NCBI RefSeq assembly: GCF_030144855.1
Contig: NC_082739.1
Coordinates: forward strand, 7,254,001 to 7,318,000
DNA from: Hypanus sabinus
Taxonomy: Eukaryota
DNA: 64,000 nt
Reading direction: 5' to 3'
Positions 51,371-63,626 of the stretch are shown piece by piece. A program made the position numbers and the translations under genes. Each line of letters opens with the position of its first letter. Within the stretch, counting starts at the first letter, position 1. Below the pieces are notes generated by a model. The model ran no database searches, had not been told where the DNA came from, and saw nothing but the letters and a program-made list of their open reading frames with translations.

Positions 51371-54300
51371 TCAATGACAAAATGGTGCTCTGTTTCCAAG
51401 TCAGGACAGAGTAGAACCACAAGGGGAATCAGCAGATTATGTTATTCCCAGGTCTTTGCTACCTTTGTCCTTGATAGTAAAGTTCCCATGTTTAAGAAGT
51501 CTTGTTAGAGCAACCTAGCTAACCACAGGGCAGCATGGTAGCATAGCAGTCAGCGGATTGCTTTATAGCACTTCCAATCAGGGTTTAGTTTCCGCCGTTG
51601 CCTGTAAGGAGTTCATATGCTCTCACTGTGACTGCATGGGTTTCCTCCAGGTGCTCCGGTTTCCTCCCACAGTCCAAGCGGTTAAGGTTAGTGAGTTGTT
51701 GGCGCCAGAAGTGTGGCGACACTTGTGTGCTGCCCAGCCCAATTTCCGCTGATTTGATTTGATGAAAACGATGCATTTCACTGTCTGTTTCAATGTACAT
51801 GTGACAAATAAAGCTAATCTTTTAGCTGAGCAAATGCAGGGCACTTGTGTCAATGTTACACTCTAAGCTATAATCTTCAAGCAGGGGCCAGAATGAGCAT
51901 TTCAGATGGGGGATGAGAAGCTAATGCAACCGGCTGGTTTGTCTTGGATGATGCCAAACTTCTTACTGGAATCTTGGGTGGTTGTAAAAGACCCCAGAAC
52001 ATTACTTTAATGCAAAGAGAAGATCCCCCAATACAGACCAACATACTGCATATTCCTCAAACAATATGACCAAGAAGCAAATGATCTGATTGTTATTATC
52101 ATGCTGCTCGTAGGTGGTTGGTTTGAAAGATACATTTTTAATGCTGTGGCACTGAGCATTTTTAATGCTGTTTTATAATTGATCTTTTCATTGAAAACCC
52201 AACATACATAAACGAGAAACAGTAGATGTACTATCCTTAGATTTTCAGAATGCATTTGATAAGACATTGCAGCAAACATCAGTAAAGAAAATAGAAGCGC
52301 ATAGCGCAGGAGGTGACAGATTAAGGGGTGGCACTGTAGACTTGCAGTTAGCACAATGCTTTACGGCATTATCTGTAAGATCATGGTTTGATTCCCACCA
52401 TGGTCTTATCCGGGTGCTCTGTTTTCCCCCCACTTTCCAGAAGATGTATTGTTAGGAATGGCGAGTTGTGGGCATGCTATGTTGGCACCAGAAACATGGT
52501 GACACTTGTGGGCTGCCTGGCACAGTCCTCACTGATTCAATTTGAAACAAACAACACATTTCACTGCATGTTTTGATGTACATGTGACAAATAAAGCTAA
52601 TCATTATCTAATCTTTATCTTTCAATTCTTCTCCTTCTTCTTCTTCTTAAGCCCATCACCCTTTTTAGATCATAGGCTACTGACAGCAACTTGCCAGAGT
52701 CCTCTGTCCTGGACCAATCTCTCAAATTGTCGCTAAGTGTAGTCCATCTTCTTAGATCCTTTCTCTCCCAGGATGAGGTCTTTGAAGCTTCTGCTGGCAT
52801 TTCTGTAGCTCTGAGTTTTTACAGGGTGGGGTTGCTAGCCTCGTCCAACCCTCCTCCTTTCACAGCCGAGCTTGGGACCATCCATGGTGGACTTTATCTT
52901 CAGGTTGGTGCAGGTAGAAGATTGCTTGGTTAACACAAAATGGAGTCTTGGCATAAATAGGTCTTTTTTTCTATTTGACAAGATGTAATGAGTGCCAAGG
53001 GATTGCTGCTGGGATTTTAATTTTTGTGATTTATCCAAGTGATTTTGATGAGGGCACAAAAGTTACAGTTGCTAACCTTCCTAACAACACTTGGATAGGT
53101 AGGAAAGTAAGCTGTGGAGAGGACATGGGGAGATTTCAAGGAATATAGATGGATTAAATGAGGCAATGATCTGGCAAATGAAGTTTTATAAAGCAAAGAA
53201 TAAAAAAAGAACTATATTATATAAATGGTTGCAGAGGGATCTAGTCTGCGATTCAGCAAGCATGTAGGTACTGTAAGCATTTGTTTTTTTGTTTGTTTTT
53301 TTTTATAGAGATACAGCACGGAACAGGCCCTTCTAGCCCTTCAAGCTGCTGCACCCAGCAACCCCCCCACCCTCCGATTTAATCCTGGCCTATCACAGGA
53401 CAGTTTACAATGACCAATTAAGCCAGCAATCAGTAGATCTTTGGACTGTGGGAGAAAGCCAGTGCACCTGAAGGAAACCCACTCGGTCGCGGTGGAAAAT
53501 ATGCAAACTCTTTACAGGCAGCGGTGGGAATTGAACCCAGGTTACTGGTACTGTAAAGCGTTGTGCTCACCACTATGCTACCGTCCCACCCCAAAAATTG
53601 GGAAAACTCTCAGAATGAAATAGTTTATTGTTTTTGGAACTGAATACAAAAGTTGGGAGATTCTGCTTCAGTTATGTCCGACTTTAAGAAGACTACATCT
53701 GGAGTACTGTGCAAAACATTGGATTTGTTATAGAAAGAAGAATATTAATATGTTAGAAACTGTTCTGAGCAGGTAAACTGGACAAAGACCTGGAATGGGT
53801 GGATCTGCTTATGAGGAAAGTTTGGATGGAATAAGATTGTTTCAGTCAATTCCTCTCTAATTCTTCTAAACTCGAGAAGTGGTTGCTGGGGTTTAGTAGA
53901 AATAAAGAGGAATTCACTGAACCAAAAATAATATTGAAAGGTCTTGACAGAGTGAATGTGAAGATATTTTCTCTTTATTTTTTATTATTATTTATTTAGA
54001 GATACAGCACATAAAAGGCCCTTCCGGCCCAAAGTGCTGCACAGCCCAGCAACCCACCTATTTAACCCTAACCTAATCACAGGACAATTTACAATGACCA
54101 ATTAACCTGCTATTCAGTACGTCTTCGGACTGTGGGAGGAAATCAGAGCACCCAGAGGAAACCCACATGTTCACGGGAGGACGCACAAACTCCTTACAGG
54201 CGGTGTCGGAATTGAACTCCAAACTCGGACACTGCAACTGAACTCCGAACTCAGAAGCCCCTAGCTGTAATATTGCTGCGCTAACTGCTATGCTACGATG

Positions 54301-54722
54301 GTGCCCCTTATGGGAGCATCTGGGACTAGAAGTCAAAGGTTAGCAATAAGAGTCACCCATTGAATACGGTATAATGCAACTGTTTTACTCATAAATGATG
54401 ATCATAAATCTTTGGACCTTTTTCTGACAGGTTGGTGGAAACAAGTCAATTGCTACTGTTAAGGCAGAGGAAGACAGACACTTCATAAGCAAAGAGGTGG
54501 AAATTACCATAGGTAGATGAGAGTGCAGAACTGAGGATACAATCAGTTCAGCCATAATTTTATTAACACATGGAGTGAGTTTGAGGACCAAGTTCTATAT
54601 TGGTGCAAAAGCTTGTTCACTCCTTCTTTGTAAAACAATGCGGAAGCAAGAAACCCAATTGTTTCTGGCATTGAGATTCCAATTCATTCTAGCTTTGTTC
54701 TAACTGAGTTTTGTGTTTGTAG

Positions 54723-54732
54723 GCAGCACTAG
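54723..54732 (+). CDS. SCN2B: Candidate SCN2B exon 5 (adds QH* if the donor at 50852 is used), followed by a putative 3' UTR
   Basis: TTCTAAC branch point at 54698-54704, T-rich tract, TAG|G acceptor. AA + G CAG CAC TAG is in frame. A largely TE-poor stretch follows, with AATAAA at 55848 and 55908. Confidence 0.5.
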
Positions 54733-57700
54733 GGACAGTGAAACATGGCTGAGGATGACCTGCCTCTGTTGACGACTGTTGGTCTTCATGCTTCACGGGA
54801 TGTTACCGATTCTCTTCCATGCTGCTTTACATTAAACACGAGTGCTGATGTGCCCACCTTCTGCTGCGCTGCAAAACTGCGTTCGATCCATCGTGCATGC
54901 CGTCAACCTCCAAACTGCGCGCAAGTGATACCACTGAACATGGCAGTATTCAACGCAAGCACTAGCTTCACACCATCAGCGTAAATACAATGCTAATTAT
55001 CATGCCAAGTGCCATATGAGTGTGGTGAATTATAACTAGGGTGTTAATTGTGCACGCTTTAACTGAGCGTCAGTGAGTAGGTGGCACATTACAAGTAAAA
55101 ATAATATACACCCTGCTTCGTTATTCATTCAGGGGAACGTAAATATAGTTGTTTTGCTTATTCACTGTTTGGGAGGTTAGCATTGCCAGCAAGGCCAGTA
55201 TTTATTACCCTTCTCTAATTGCCCTTGAGAAGTTTTTGGTGACCTGCTTTCATGAACCACTATTGTCCTTCTGCTGTAGTTGATCCCGCGCTGTTGTTGA
55301 GTAGGAATCCCACCAGAGAAGGTGTTACCATCTTCATATTCCCACTTGACTCTGTCCCTCAGTAGTGAGTAAATCACATGTGATAGAAAAAAACTAATGT
55401 TGCAACCAATTCCGTACATTTTCCAGCAGGCAGGTTCAATTAAAATTGCTGAAGGCGTATGTATGTGTTTGTTTTTAAGAAAAGAATAGCACCTCAAAAT
55501 ATCTATTGTAATGATTTGGAAGACTCCAATTTCTTGGTAGGGTGTGCCTAAGGAATCCTGAATATATCACAGGATACTTCTTGTCCAATTTATCCAAGAT
55601 CAGGGGAATTCTCAAAATGGAGGCTTTGACAGGACCATTGTGAAATATTTTCTTGTGTCTTTCCCCCAAGGAAGGAGGTAGTTACAACACATCTGCCAAT
55701 CAGTGGCAGGGAACATTCCAGACACATTGGTTTTGTACAGCACAGAACGGCTTACTTTTTAAATCCAATTCCTCTGTGCTAAATGTGAGGTAATTTTGTG
55801 ATTAGAAATTGAGCTTACTATGGATCGGAAGAGGATTTATTTTCATAAATAAAAGAAAAACTTTATACATATGAGTACAAGCTGAAGTCCCACACTGCCA
55901 ACAATGGAATAAACATGTTATTCTAAACACTGGGGCTGACAAGAGGTTTCCTGGTAAGGTTCCTAACCTTCTCAAAAATAACCTGAAATTTTCAAATTGA
56001 GGGTATCTATCCTGGGCAATATTTCCAATAACCCAGGGAACTGGTGATGTAGGTCACTGACGTGGGCAACAAACACTGAGATAAAGCCCTGTGAATAATG
56101 GCTTGGCTCACAGTCATGGGAGTTAGAATCAGGCACTTATTAAAAGACCTTGGTGGCCTGGTGCCTCACATCACCAGTGATCTGGGTTCATTTGTAATCT
56201 CTGGTGCTGTTTTTGGGGAGTTTACATGCTCTCCCTGTGAATTCATGGGCTTCCTCTGGGTGTTCCGGCTTCCTTCCACTTCACAATGACGTGTGGGTGA
56301 GTAGGTTAATTAGCCAGAGTATTATGTGGATGTGTGGAGCCTGGGGAGAGATGATAGGAAAGTTGAGAGAATAAAATGGGATTCGCATAGGATTAATGTA
56401 TATGTTTGACAGCACAGACTTGTAGGGTTGAAGACCCTGTTTCTGTGCTATATACCTCTCACTCCTTGATTCTATGACTTTCCCAATCTGAGCCTCAGAA
56501 CTAAGCTAGGGAAACTGTTCAGAGTTATCGCTCTCTGAGAGCCACAACTCTCTGGGAGCGTGGTAGGTTCTTTATCAGAGGAATGGAGTAAGAAGAGAAG
56601 GGAGGGAGACTTGGAAGCTATAGCTTGGGAAAGAGAAAGAGGCCAGTTGGGGTAAAAGAGAGAAGGGTGGCAGGACCTTGGGGAGGTGAATCTGTGGTAA
56701 TTGGTGCCACAGACAGTTCTGGAGGCCAAGTCATTGAGTATACTTAAAGCAGAGTTGATAGTTTCTTGATTAGTAAGTGTGTCAAAGATTACGGGGAGAA
56801 AGCCTGAGTATGGGGTTGAAAGGGATAATAGATCAGCCATGATGGAATAGCAGGGAAAACTCAATGGGCTGAATGGCTTAACTCTTTCCTATGTCTTATG
56901 AGGATGTGAGTTTGTAGGGACTGGAAAGTGGACAATGAGAATTTAAAGACTGCAGATGCTGGAAATCTGAAAGGAAATCAAAAACTCAGCAGGTCAGGAA
57001 AAAGAATCCGAGTTACTGTTTTAGGCCAGAGGCTTTTCATAAAATTCTGTTTTTTTAGGATCAGAAGGAACAGGATGGTGAGTGAGAATAGGCCCCAGCG
57101 GGGAAGGCAGGAAGGGGGAGGAGTGAAACCCAATGATCTTCCCATGGATAAACAGTGAAGGGTAAGATGTGAAGAAAGCAGGAACAAAGATTCTGAGCTG
57201 GTTGAAATAAGAGGGCAATGAGGAGCTGGGTCCTTTAACCAAGATCTATTGAATCACAGGGCAGTGCACTACATATGGCTATCAAGGTGTAGACTAAAAC
57301 ACAATTTCAAAGTGAATGAGTTAATATTTGATTATTTTATAAATTATCATGAAATCGAAGATTACATTATCAGGTATTGTATGTAATCAAATGTTGTGAT
57401 CAGAATGTATTGTGATCAAACCAGATATGGCAGCTCTGTGTTTCTGACCTCCACTGGGGTTTTCATACAACCTAGCAACCTTCTGCTTTTCCACGGCAAC
57501 ATCCTATCCTTTATGTCAAGCCAGCATGTCTAGATTAACACTGATGAGGTCCATTACTAGTCTATGGGCCTTTCACCTTCCTTGCACTGCCCTACCTGGA
57601 TTGTTCCTTCAAGGTTTAATGCTTTAACTAATGCTTAAGCTTTCAACGACTAAGTTGCTTTGCTTAAGTCCCTGTTATTAGTCTTCCTTGTCCAAGGACC

Positions 57701-59280
57701 TGAATTTATTCCTAGCTGGACATCATTTTTTAAATGGGAGTGCTTTCCTGTTGTTTCAAGCCCACAGGGAATGTGACCAGCGTGAAAATAGCAAAAGGTA
57801 ATTTGGAGGCATATGGTATTGTGGGGCTGACATCAATCTGACAATTTAACTTCAGCTAGGTTGCCAACTTTGCTTTTGCATATTTTAGGAGGTTTTGTCA
57901 CATGATCTGTAAGTTGGCTAGCTTCTCTCTAGGTCCCCACCATTGGTGCCTGACACATCCATTGTCACAGTTGTCCACCTTTCATCCCGTTAGAAAACAG
58001 ACCCTTCAAATTACCCACTATGAGACTGTTGGCCATTTAATACTGGAAAGCTGGTGAATCTGGGGATTCCAGGACAAGCCTGGAGGAGCTGAGAAACCCA
58101 CACATTCGGCTAATCCAATGAACTTCTGCTGTCAGTGGTGTAACCCTCCCATGATGCTCTACCTACCGTGATGAGATACCTTTCCCCTCTGATTTCTAGC
58201 AGAAATATGAATGAGTTTCCATAGAATGAGCATGTGATCACACCCGTAACAGTCACCTTCCTTAACAGATTGACCCACCACAAATTATTTTGCTGGGCAA
58301 GTTGGGTTGCATTTGAGAATTGATGATTTTTTATATCTTTTTCATGGTGTTTTCCCTTTTGGAGGTTTTCAGTATTGCCAGAAAGGATTGTCAGGGATTC
58401 TGGATACCTGTTAGTTGTAACATAGTTAAAAATAAAGTAAATGTGATTGAAATAAATCCTTGTGGTGTTGGAATTTATTTTTATACTCGCCCTTCACAGG
58501 CACTATCTGATCTTGGGTACAATCACTGTCTAAATTTTGCACTTGTTTGCATTCCTCACTGATTCTCAACAGTGGGCATCACAAGGGCTGCATGGGAATG
58601 CAAAGGGTTGCAAGCAATGGATCGGGAAAAAGCTGCAGAGGGCCGTAGAGTTAGCCAGCTCCATCATGGGCACTAGCCTCCCCAGTATCAAGGACAACTT
58701 CAAATGGAGATGACTCAAAAAGGCAGCATCCATCGTTAAGGGCATGCCCTCTTCTCATTACTACCATCAGGACGGAGTTTTAAGAGCTTGATGACACACA
58801 TTCAACATTTTAGGAACAACACAGTCAGATTTATGACAGTCCATGAACACTATGTATTTTGCTCTCTTTTTGCATTATTTATATACATTTTAATATATCT
58901 TTATTGTAAATTATTTATGTATTGCACAGAACGGCTCCTGCAAAATAACAGATTTCAAGACATTTGTCAGTGATAATAAACCTGATTCTGATTTTGGACC
59001 AGCCTGATCCTGCCTTCACCGAAGGTACGCACACTACGCACTTTATAAAGGGGATGAAAAACTTGATCACAGCTGGCTTTTATCCTCCTTTTGGAGAAAA
59101 TGTTGTAGATGTTAGAATCATAGAGAGACGCAGTATAGAAACAAGCCATATGGCCCATCAACTCAATGCCAACTATCAGGTATCCATTTACCTACCCTAC
59201 CTTAATCCATTTTATTCTTCCTGTGTTCCCATCAGCTCCCCATGGATTCTTCCACTCGCCTATACAAGGGAACAATTAAC

Positions 59281-60090
59281 CTTGTTCCCTCTAAGGTGTG
59301 CACATGTGCACGCACACACGTCTTTTACTATTAGCGCACAAAGGAATTTAAACTGCGCACAAAAGGTTGTCACCTTCTACCTCATTGGCATGTTAAGTAT
59401 AGTTCATGATCGTACACAATCACGTTTCCTTTTCTGGTTTCTGATGCGGACTCTGTTGACAACATGGAGTTTGCGATGATTTGTCTGCAGATTTTAGAAC
59501 TGGCTTATTGAGAGTTTTTAAATTGAAGAAATTATTGATTCACTATGTCAAATTCCAAAGAAGCAAAGGGCGTGAAGCGCAAAAGAACTGCTCGTTCATT
59601 TACAGCAGAATGGCTTAATGAATCAGTAGAAACTGCTCCACTGAAAGCTCATGAGGTCAGGAACGTGCAGCTACAAGAAATATTTATTTACGATACAGAA
59701 ACTGGTGTGACCTGTGTGTGTTGTCACGATGCAAAAGTTGCTGGGGAACTTGCAAGTGGGAAGAAGTGGAGTGATGTTTAGAAACTTGACTTTTTAAAGC
59801 ATCACTTAGCTAGCAAGTCACATAATGGATGGTTTGCAAAAGTTCCGATGATAAAATCCTTCATTACCCGCTACAGGCCTGCTATGTATATTTTGTGAGA
59901 GTGCAAGTGAATGAAAGTGTAAATGATCAAACCCGGAGGAGATCAAAGCTCATTGACAGTGTTTTGCTAGCTGTTAAAATGAATACCCCTGTATATAACA
60001 TTCAGAACACATGTTGTTGTCACTGGGCAAAAAATTGCACAGCACAAGATTTCTGCGCACGCTGGTCATTACAAAGTAGAGGGAACATTG
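59281..60090 (+). mobile_element. Internally deleted hAT DNA transposon with N-terminal TTF-type zinc-finger remnant, nested in a SINE
   Basis: TIR-like TGTTCCCTCTA / TAGAGGGAACA; ORF 59545-59781 RSFTAEWL...CVCC...KKWSDV*KLDFLKHHLASKSH. Confidence 0.75.
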
Positions 60091-61668
60091 CTTCCAACCC
60101 ACCCATTTTTGGGATGTGGGAGGAAGCTACAATACCACAGCAGTGCAGCAGTTAGTGCAACGTTTTTACAGCTCGAGGCTTCGTTGGAGCTTGGAATTCA
60201 ATTCCAATGTCATCTGTAAGGAGTTTGTATGTACTGCTCAAGGAACATGCGAGTTTCCTCCCACAGTTCAAAGACGTACCAGTTAGTAGGTTAATTGGTC
60301 ATGTATTTTGTCCCGTGATTAGCCTAGGGTTACACGGGGGTTGCTGGGAGGCTCAAAGGGCCAGAAGGGGCTATTCCGTGTTGTATCTCAATAAATAAAT
60401 AAATACTGGATCACCAGTGGAAATGCACACAATCCCCCACATGGAGAACGTGCAAACTCCACATGAACAGCACCAGAGGTCAGGCCTGAACCCGGATCAC
60501 TACACCTGTGAGGCAGCTCCACTAGCCGCAGCACTGTGCTGTCCCTTTGTGAAATGTGTTGCAATTAGGTTTCAATCAGAATCAGATTCAGGTTTATTAT
60601 CACTGACTTATGTCCTTAAATTTGGTGTTTTACAGCAACAGTACAGGACATAAAAATTACTATAACTTACAAAAATAATAAGTAATACCTCGACCACTTC
60701 CTCCATATACCAAACAACCTCTGTGCAAAAATTTGCTCCTCAGCTTCCCTTTAAATCTTTCCTCTCACATTAAACCCATGCACGCTTGCTTAGGTTCCCC
60801 TACCCTGGAGAAAACACATAACTGAATTTATAATTTATTTCAATTTCCTTTTGTCAGAGTTTACTATGTCCAAGCTGACAGCTAATGTTACTGCATTCCA
60901 ATAGTAACAGAGATTTATTTCCTTTCATTGGCACAATGGAACATTTTGAAATTGTAAAAATATCACAGGAAATGGCTAGCGTATCGCTTTACAGCACCAA
61001 CAGTCAGGATTCAATGCCTGTCACTGGAGTTTGTACGTTCTCCCCATGACTACGCGGCTTTCCTCCAGGTGCTCCGGTTTCCTCCCACATCCCAAAGACA
61101 TACCGGTTGGTAATTTTTGGGCATGCTGGAAGCATGGTGACACTTGCGGGCTGCCCCCAGCACATCCTTGGACTATGTCGTTCGTTAATGCAAAACAACA
61201 CATTTCACTGTATGTTTCGATGTACATGTCACAAATAAAGCTAATCTTTAAGCAAATAGAGAACAGAGAGAATTAGGAAAAAATAGTTTGTCACGGAATC
61301 AAGGCAATTACAGTGACATTGAACTTCCGTGCAGTAATACTGTGATTGAAAGGTAATTTGACGAGTTGGCTTTGAATATTTTACAATAAGCTAGTACTGG
61401 AACATTGTCCTCATCAACACATTGGTAATGGAGCTGTCAAGATGGTCAACAGACTCGAGTATGATGCCAGCTATTCATTTCTGCCTGATACAGGTAGAAG
61501 AAAAAAAGGAAGTGAGAGAGAAAGAGGAAGGAGGAGAGGGAGAGAAGGAAAGAGGAAAAGAAAGCAAGTTCTGTTATCACTTCCTCAATATGAGCTATAA
61601 CACTTTCTCCATTAACTAACTACTTTTAAAAAGCATTTTTGCCTCTGCTTAACTATTTCTCATTGCTA

Positions 61669-62080
61669 CCATCAGGGAGGAGGTACAGGAGCCTGAAGGC
61701 CCACACTCTGCGATTCAGGAACAGCTTCTTCCCCTCTGCCATCAGGGAGGAGGTACAGGAGCCTGAAGACACACACTCAGCGATTCAGGAACAGCTTCTT
61801 CCCCTCCGCCATCAGGGAGGAGGTACAGGAGCCTGAAGGCACACACTCAGCGATTCAGGAACAGCTTCTTCCCCTCTGCCATCAGGGAGGAGGTACAGGA
61901 GCCTGAAGACACACACTCAGCGATTCAGGAACAGCTTCTTCCCCTCCGCCATCAGGGAGGAGGTACAGGAGCCTGAAGGCACACACTCAGCGATTCAGGA
62001 ACAGCTTCTTCCCCTCTGCCATCAGGGAGGAGGTACAGGAGCCTGAAGACACACACTCAGCGATTCAGGGACAGCTTCTT
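61669..62080 (+). repeat. 70-bp minisatellite (about 6 units, alternating A/B variants) derived from a Rex/Babar-type LINE end
   Basis: Units start at 61669, 61739, 61809, 61879, 61949 and 62019. The unit encodes PSGRRYRSLKAHT.RFRNSFFPSA. A seventh, diverged copy at about 62117 runs into the LINE tail ending at 62390. Confidence 0.95.
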
Positions 62081-63550
62081 GCCTGTCATCGAGGACATAC
62101 CCTCTTCTCAATGCTACCATCAAGGAGGAGGTACAGGAGTGTGAAGACAAACACTCAACAATTCAGGAACAGCTTCTTCCCCTTTGCCATCAGCTTTCTG
62201 AATGGACACTGAAGCCAAGAACACTACCTCTCTACTTTTTTTCTCTTTTTGCACTATTTATTTGATTTAACTTTATATATATTACTGTGATTTACAGTTT
62301 TTTATTATCATGTATTGCATAGCACTGCTGTTGCACATCAACAAATTTCACAACATACGCCAGTGATATTAAACCTGATTCTGATTCTGACATCCTCCCT
62401 GATTTAGTTTTGCTGAGGCACAAGCTGTACTGCAATAAGTGATCTGAGAGTCAACTCTTACAGTAGCACAAGCCAATGCAAGCAAATAGAGCCATATGAA
62501 TGTTCTAGAATTTAACATCTTCACCATAAGACATGGGAACAGAATTAGGCCACTCATCCTATCGAGTCTGCCCCACCATTCCATCATGGCTGATCTATTA
62601 ACCCTCTCAACCCCATTCTCCTGCCGTCTCCTGGCAACCTTTGATGCCCTGGTGAATCAAGAACCTGTCAACCTCCACCCACTGATAGCCTGCAAGACCC
62701 CAGCTGTGATGACTATTCGTACCACTGGACCCAGATATCCAAGATCAAGAGAGTAGAACTTCCCTAATGCAATGGCTTTTCCACTTAAAAAACTCTCCTG
62801 CACAGGTTTGCTTGCATCATCGAATACGACGGACAGCCAACAGCCTGTAAGCAGGTGCTCAGTGTGTAGTAACATGAATAATTATAACTTTTAGCTTGGA
62901 GAATCCATTGAACATTGGTAACCATTTCCTCCACATTGCAAGGGTGACAAGCATCCAGTCACCTCTCACTTTATTTCTGGCTTTCTGCACGGATCCAGTG
63001 CTGCCCAATGTAAGCTTGAGCTACACCCCATCCTCCATAGGGGCATATTGCAATCCTTGGGTATCAATACTGAATCCAATTATTTCAGATGAACAGCCAT
63101 TGATATTTCAGTTTCAATTTCTTCCTTTGTTTCTCTTCTGTCTCTAATTGCTAGTACGTATTTAATGATTCCCATGACAATTGGTCTACACCCTACCATA
63201 GATATTCCCTCTGGTCTCTACACCCTTTCCACTTTCTGCTATTTAAAACACAATGATTTCTCACTTTTCTTCTCTCTTTCTCTCTCTCCCCCTCTCTCTC
63301 CCTCGGTCAGAATGGCACCCAGGGTGTGAAAAGAAATATGGCAGAAACGTATCTTCTTGCCAGTTTGTGTCAATATAAAATAAGTTATGTAATTTGAAAG
63401 GTGATCAAACCTATAAATTTGAAAGGTTATAGTATGGAGAATCTAAATAACATTTATCTTACAATTTCAGTCGAGGCCCTCACTCACAGAACATAGAATG
63501 TTACAGCACAGTACTGGCCTTTCAGCTCATGAAGTAAGATCAATCTAACC

Positions 63551-63626
63551 CAGGGGTTCTCAACATGGGGTCCATGGACCCTTGCTTGTGAATGGTTCAT
63601 GGTATAAAACAGATTGGGAGCCCCTG
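63551..63626. mobile_element. 76-bp hAT MITE, same family as 25610-25688
   Basis: CAGGGGTTCTCAAC...ATTGGGAGCCCCTG; degenerate 8-bp flanks ATCTAACC / GCCTAACT. Confidence 0.7.

Larger units (their letters stand above)
51520..61250. mobile_element. Cluster of about nine HE1/V-SINE-like SINEs in both orientations (e.g. 51520-51820 +, 52320-52610 +, 53300-53585 -, 53990-54300 -, 56130-56450 +, 60190-60400 +, 60970-61250 +)
   Basis: tRNA-like head and recurring core GGTTTCCTCC(A/G)GGTGCTCCGGTTTCCTCCCAC. Further copies at about 19445-19990, 29330, 30740-31010, 31570, 34240 and 44100-44460. The family name is from memory. Confidence 0.65.

Noticed and set aside
61669-62080. Regularly spaced repeats resembling a CRISPR array, and ORFs running through them
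   Set aside because: Units are head-to-tail with no unique spacers and derive from a LINE; no cas genes; eukaryotic context. The 70-bp period breaks any reading frame.
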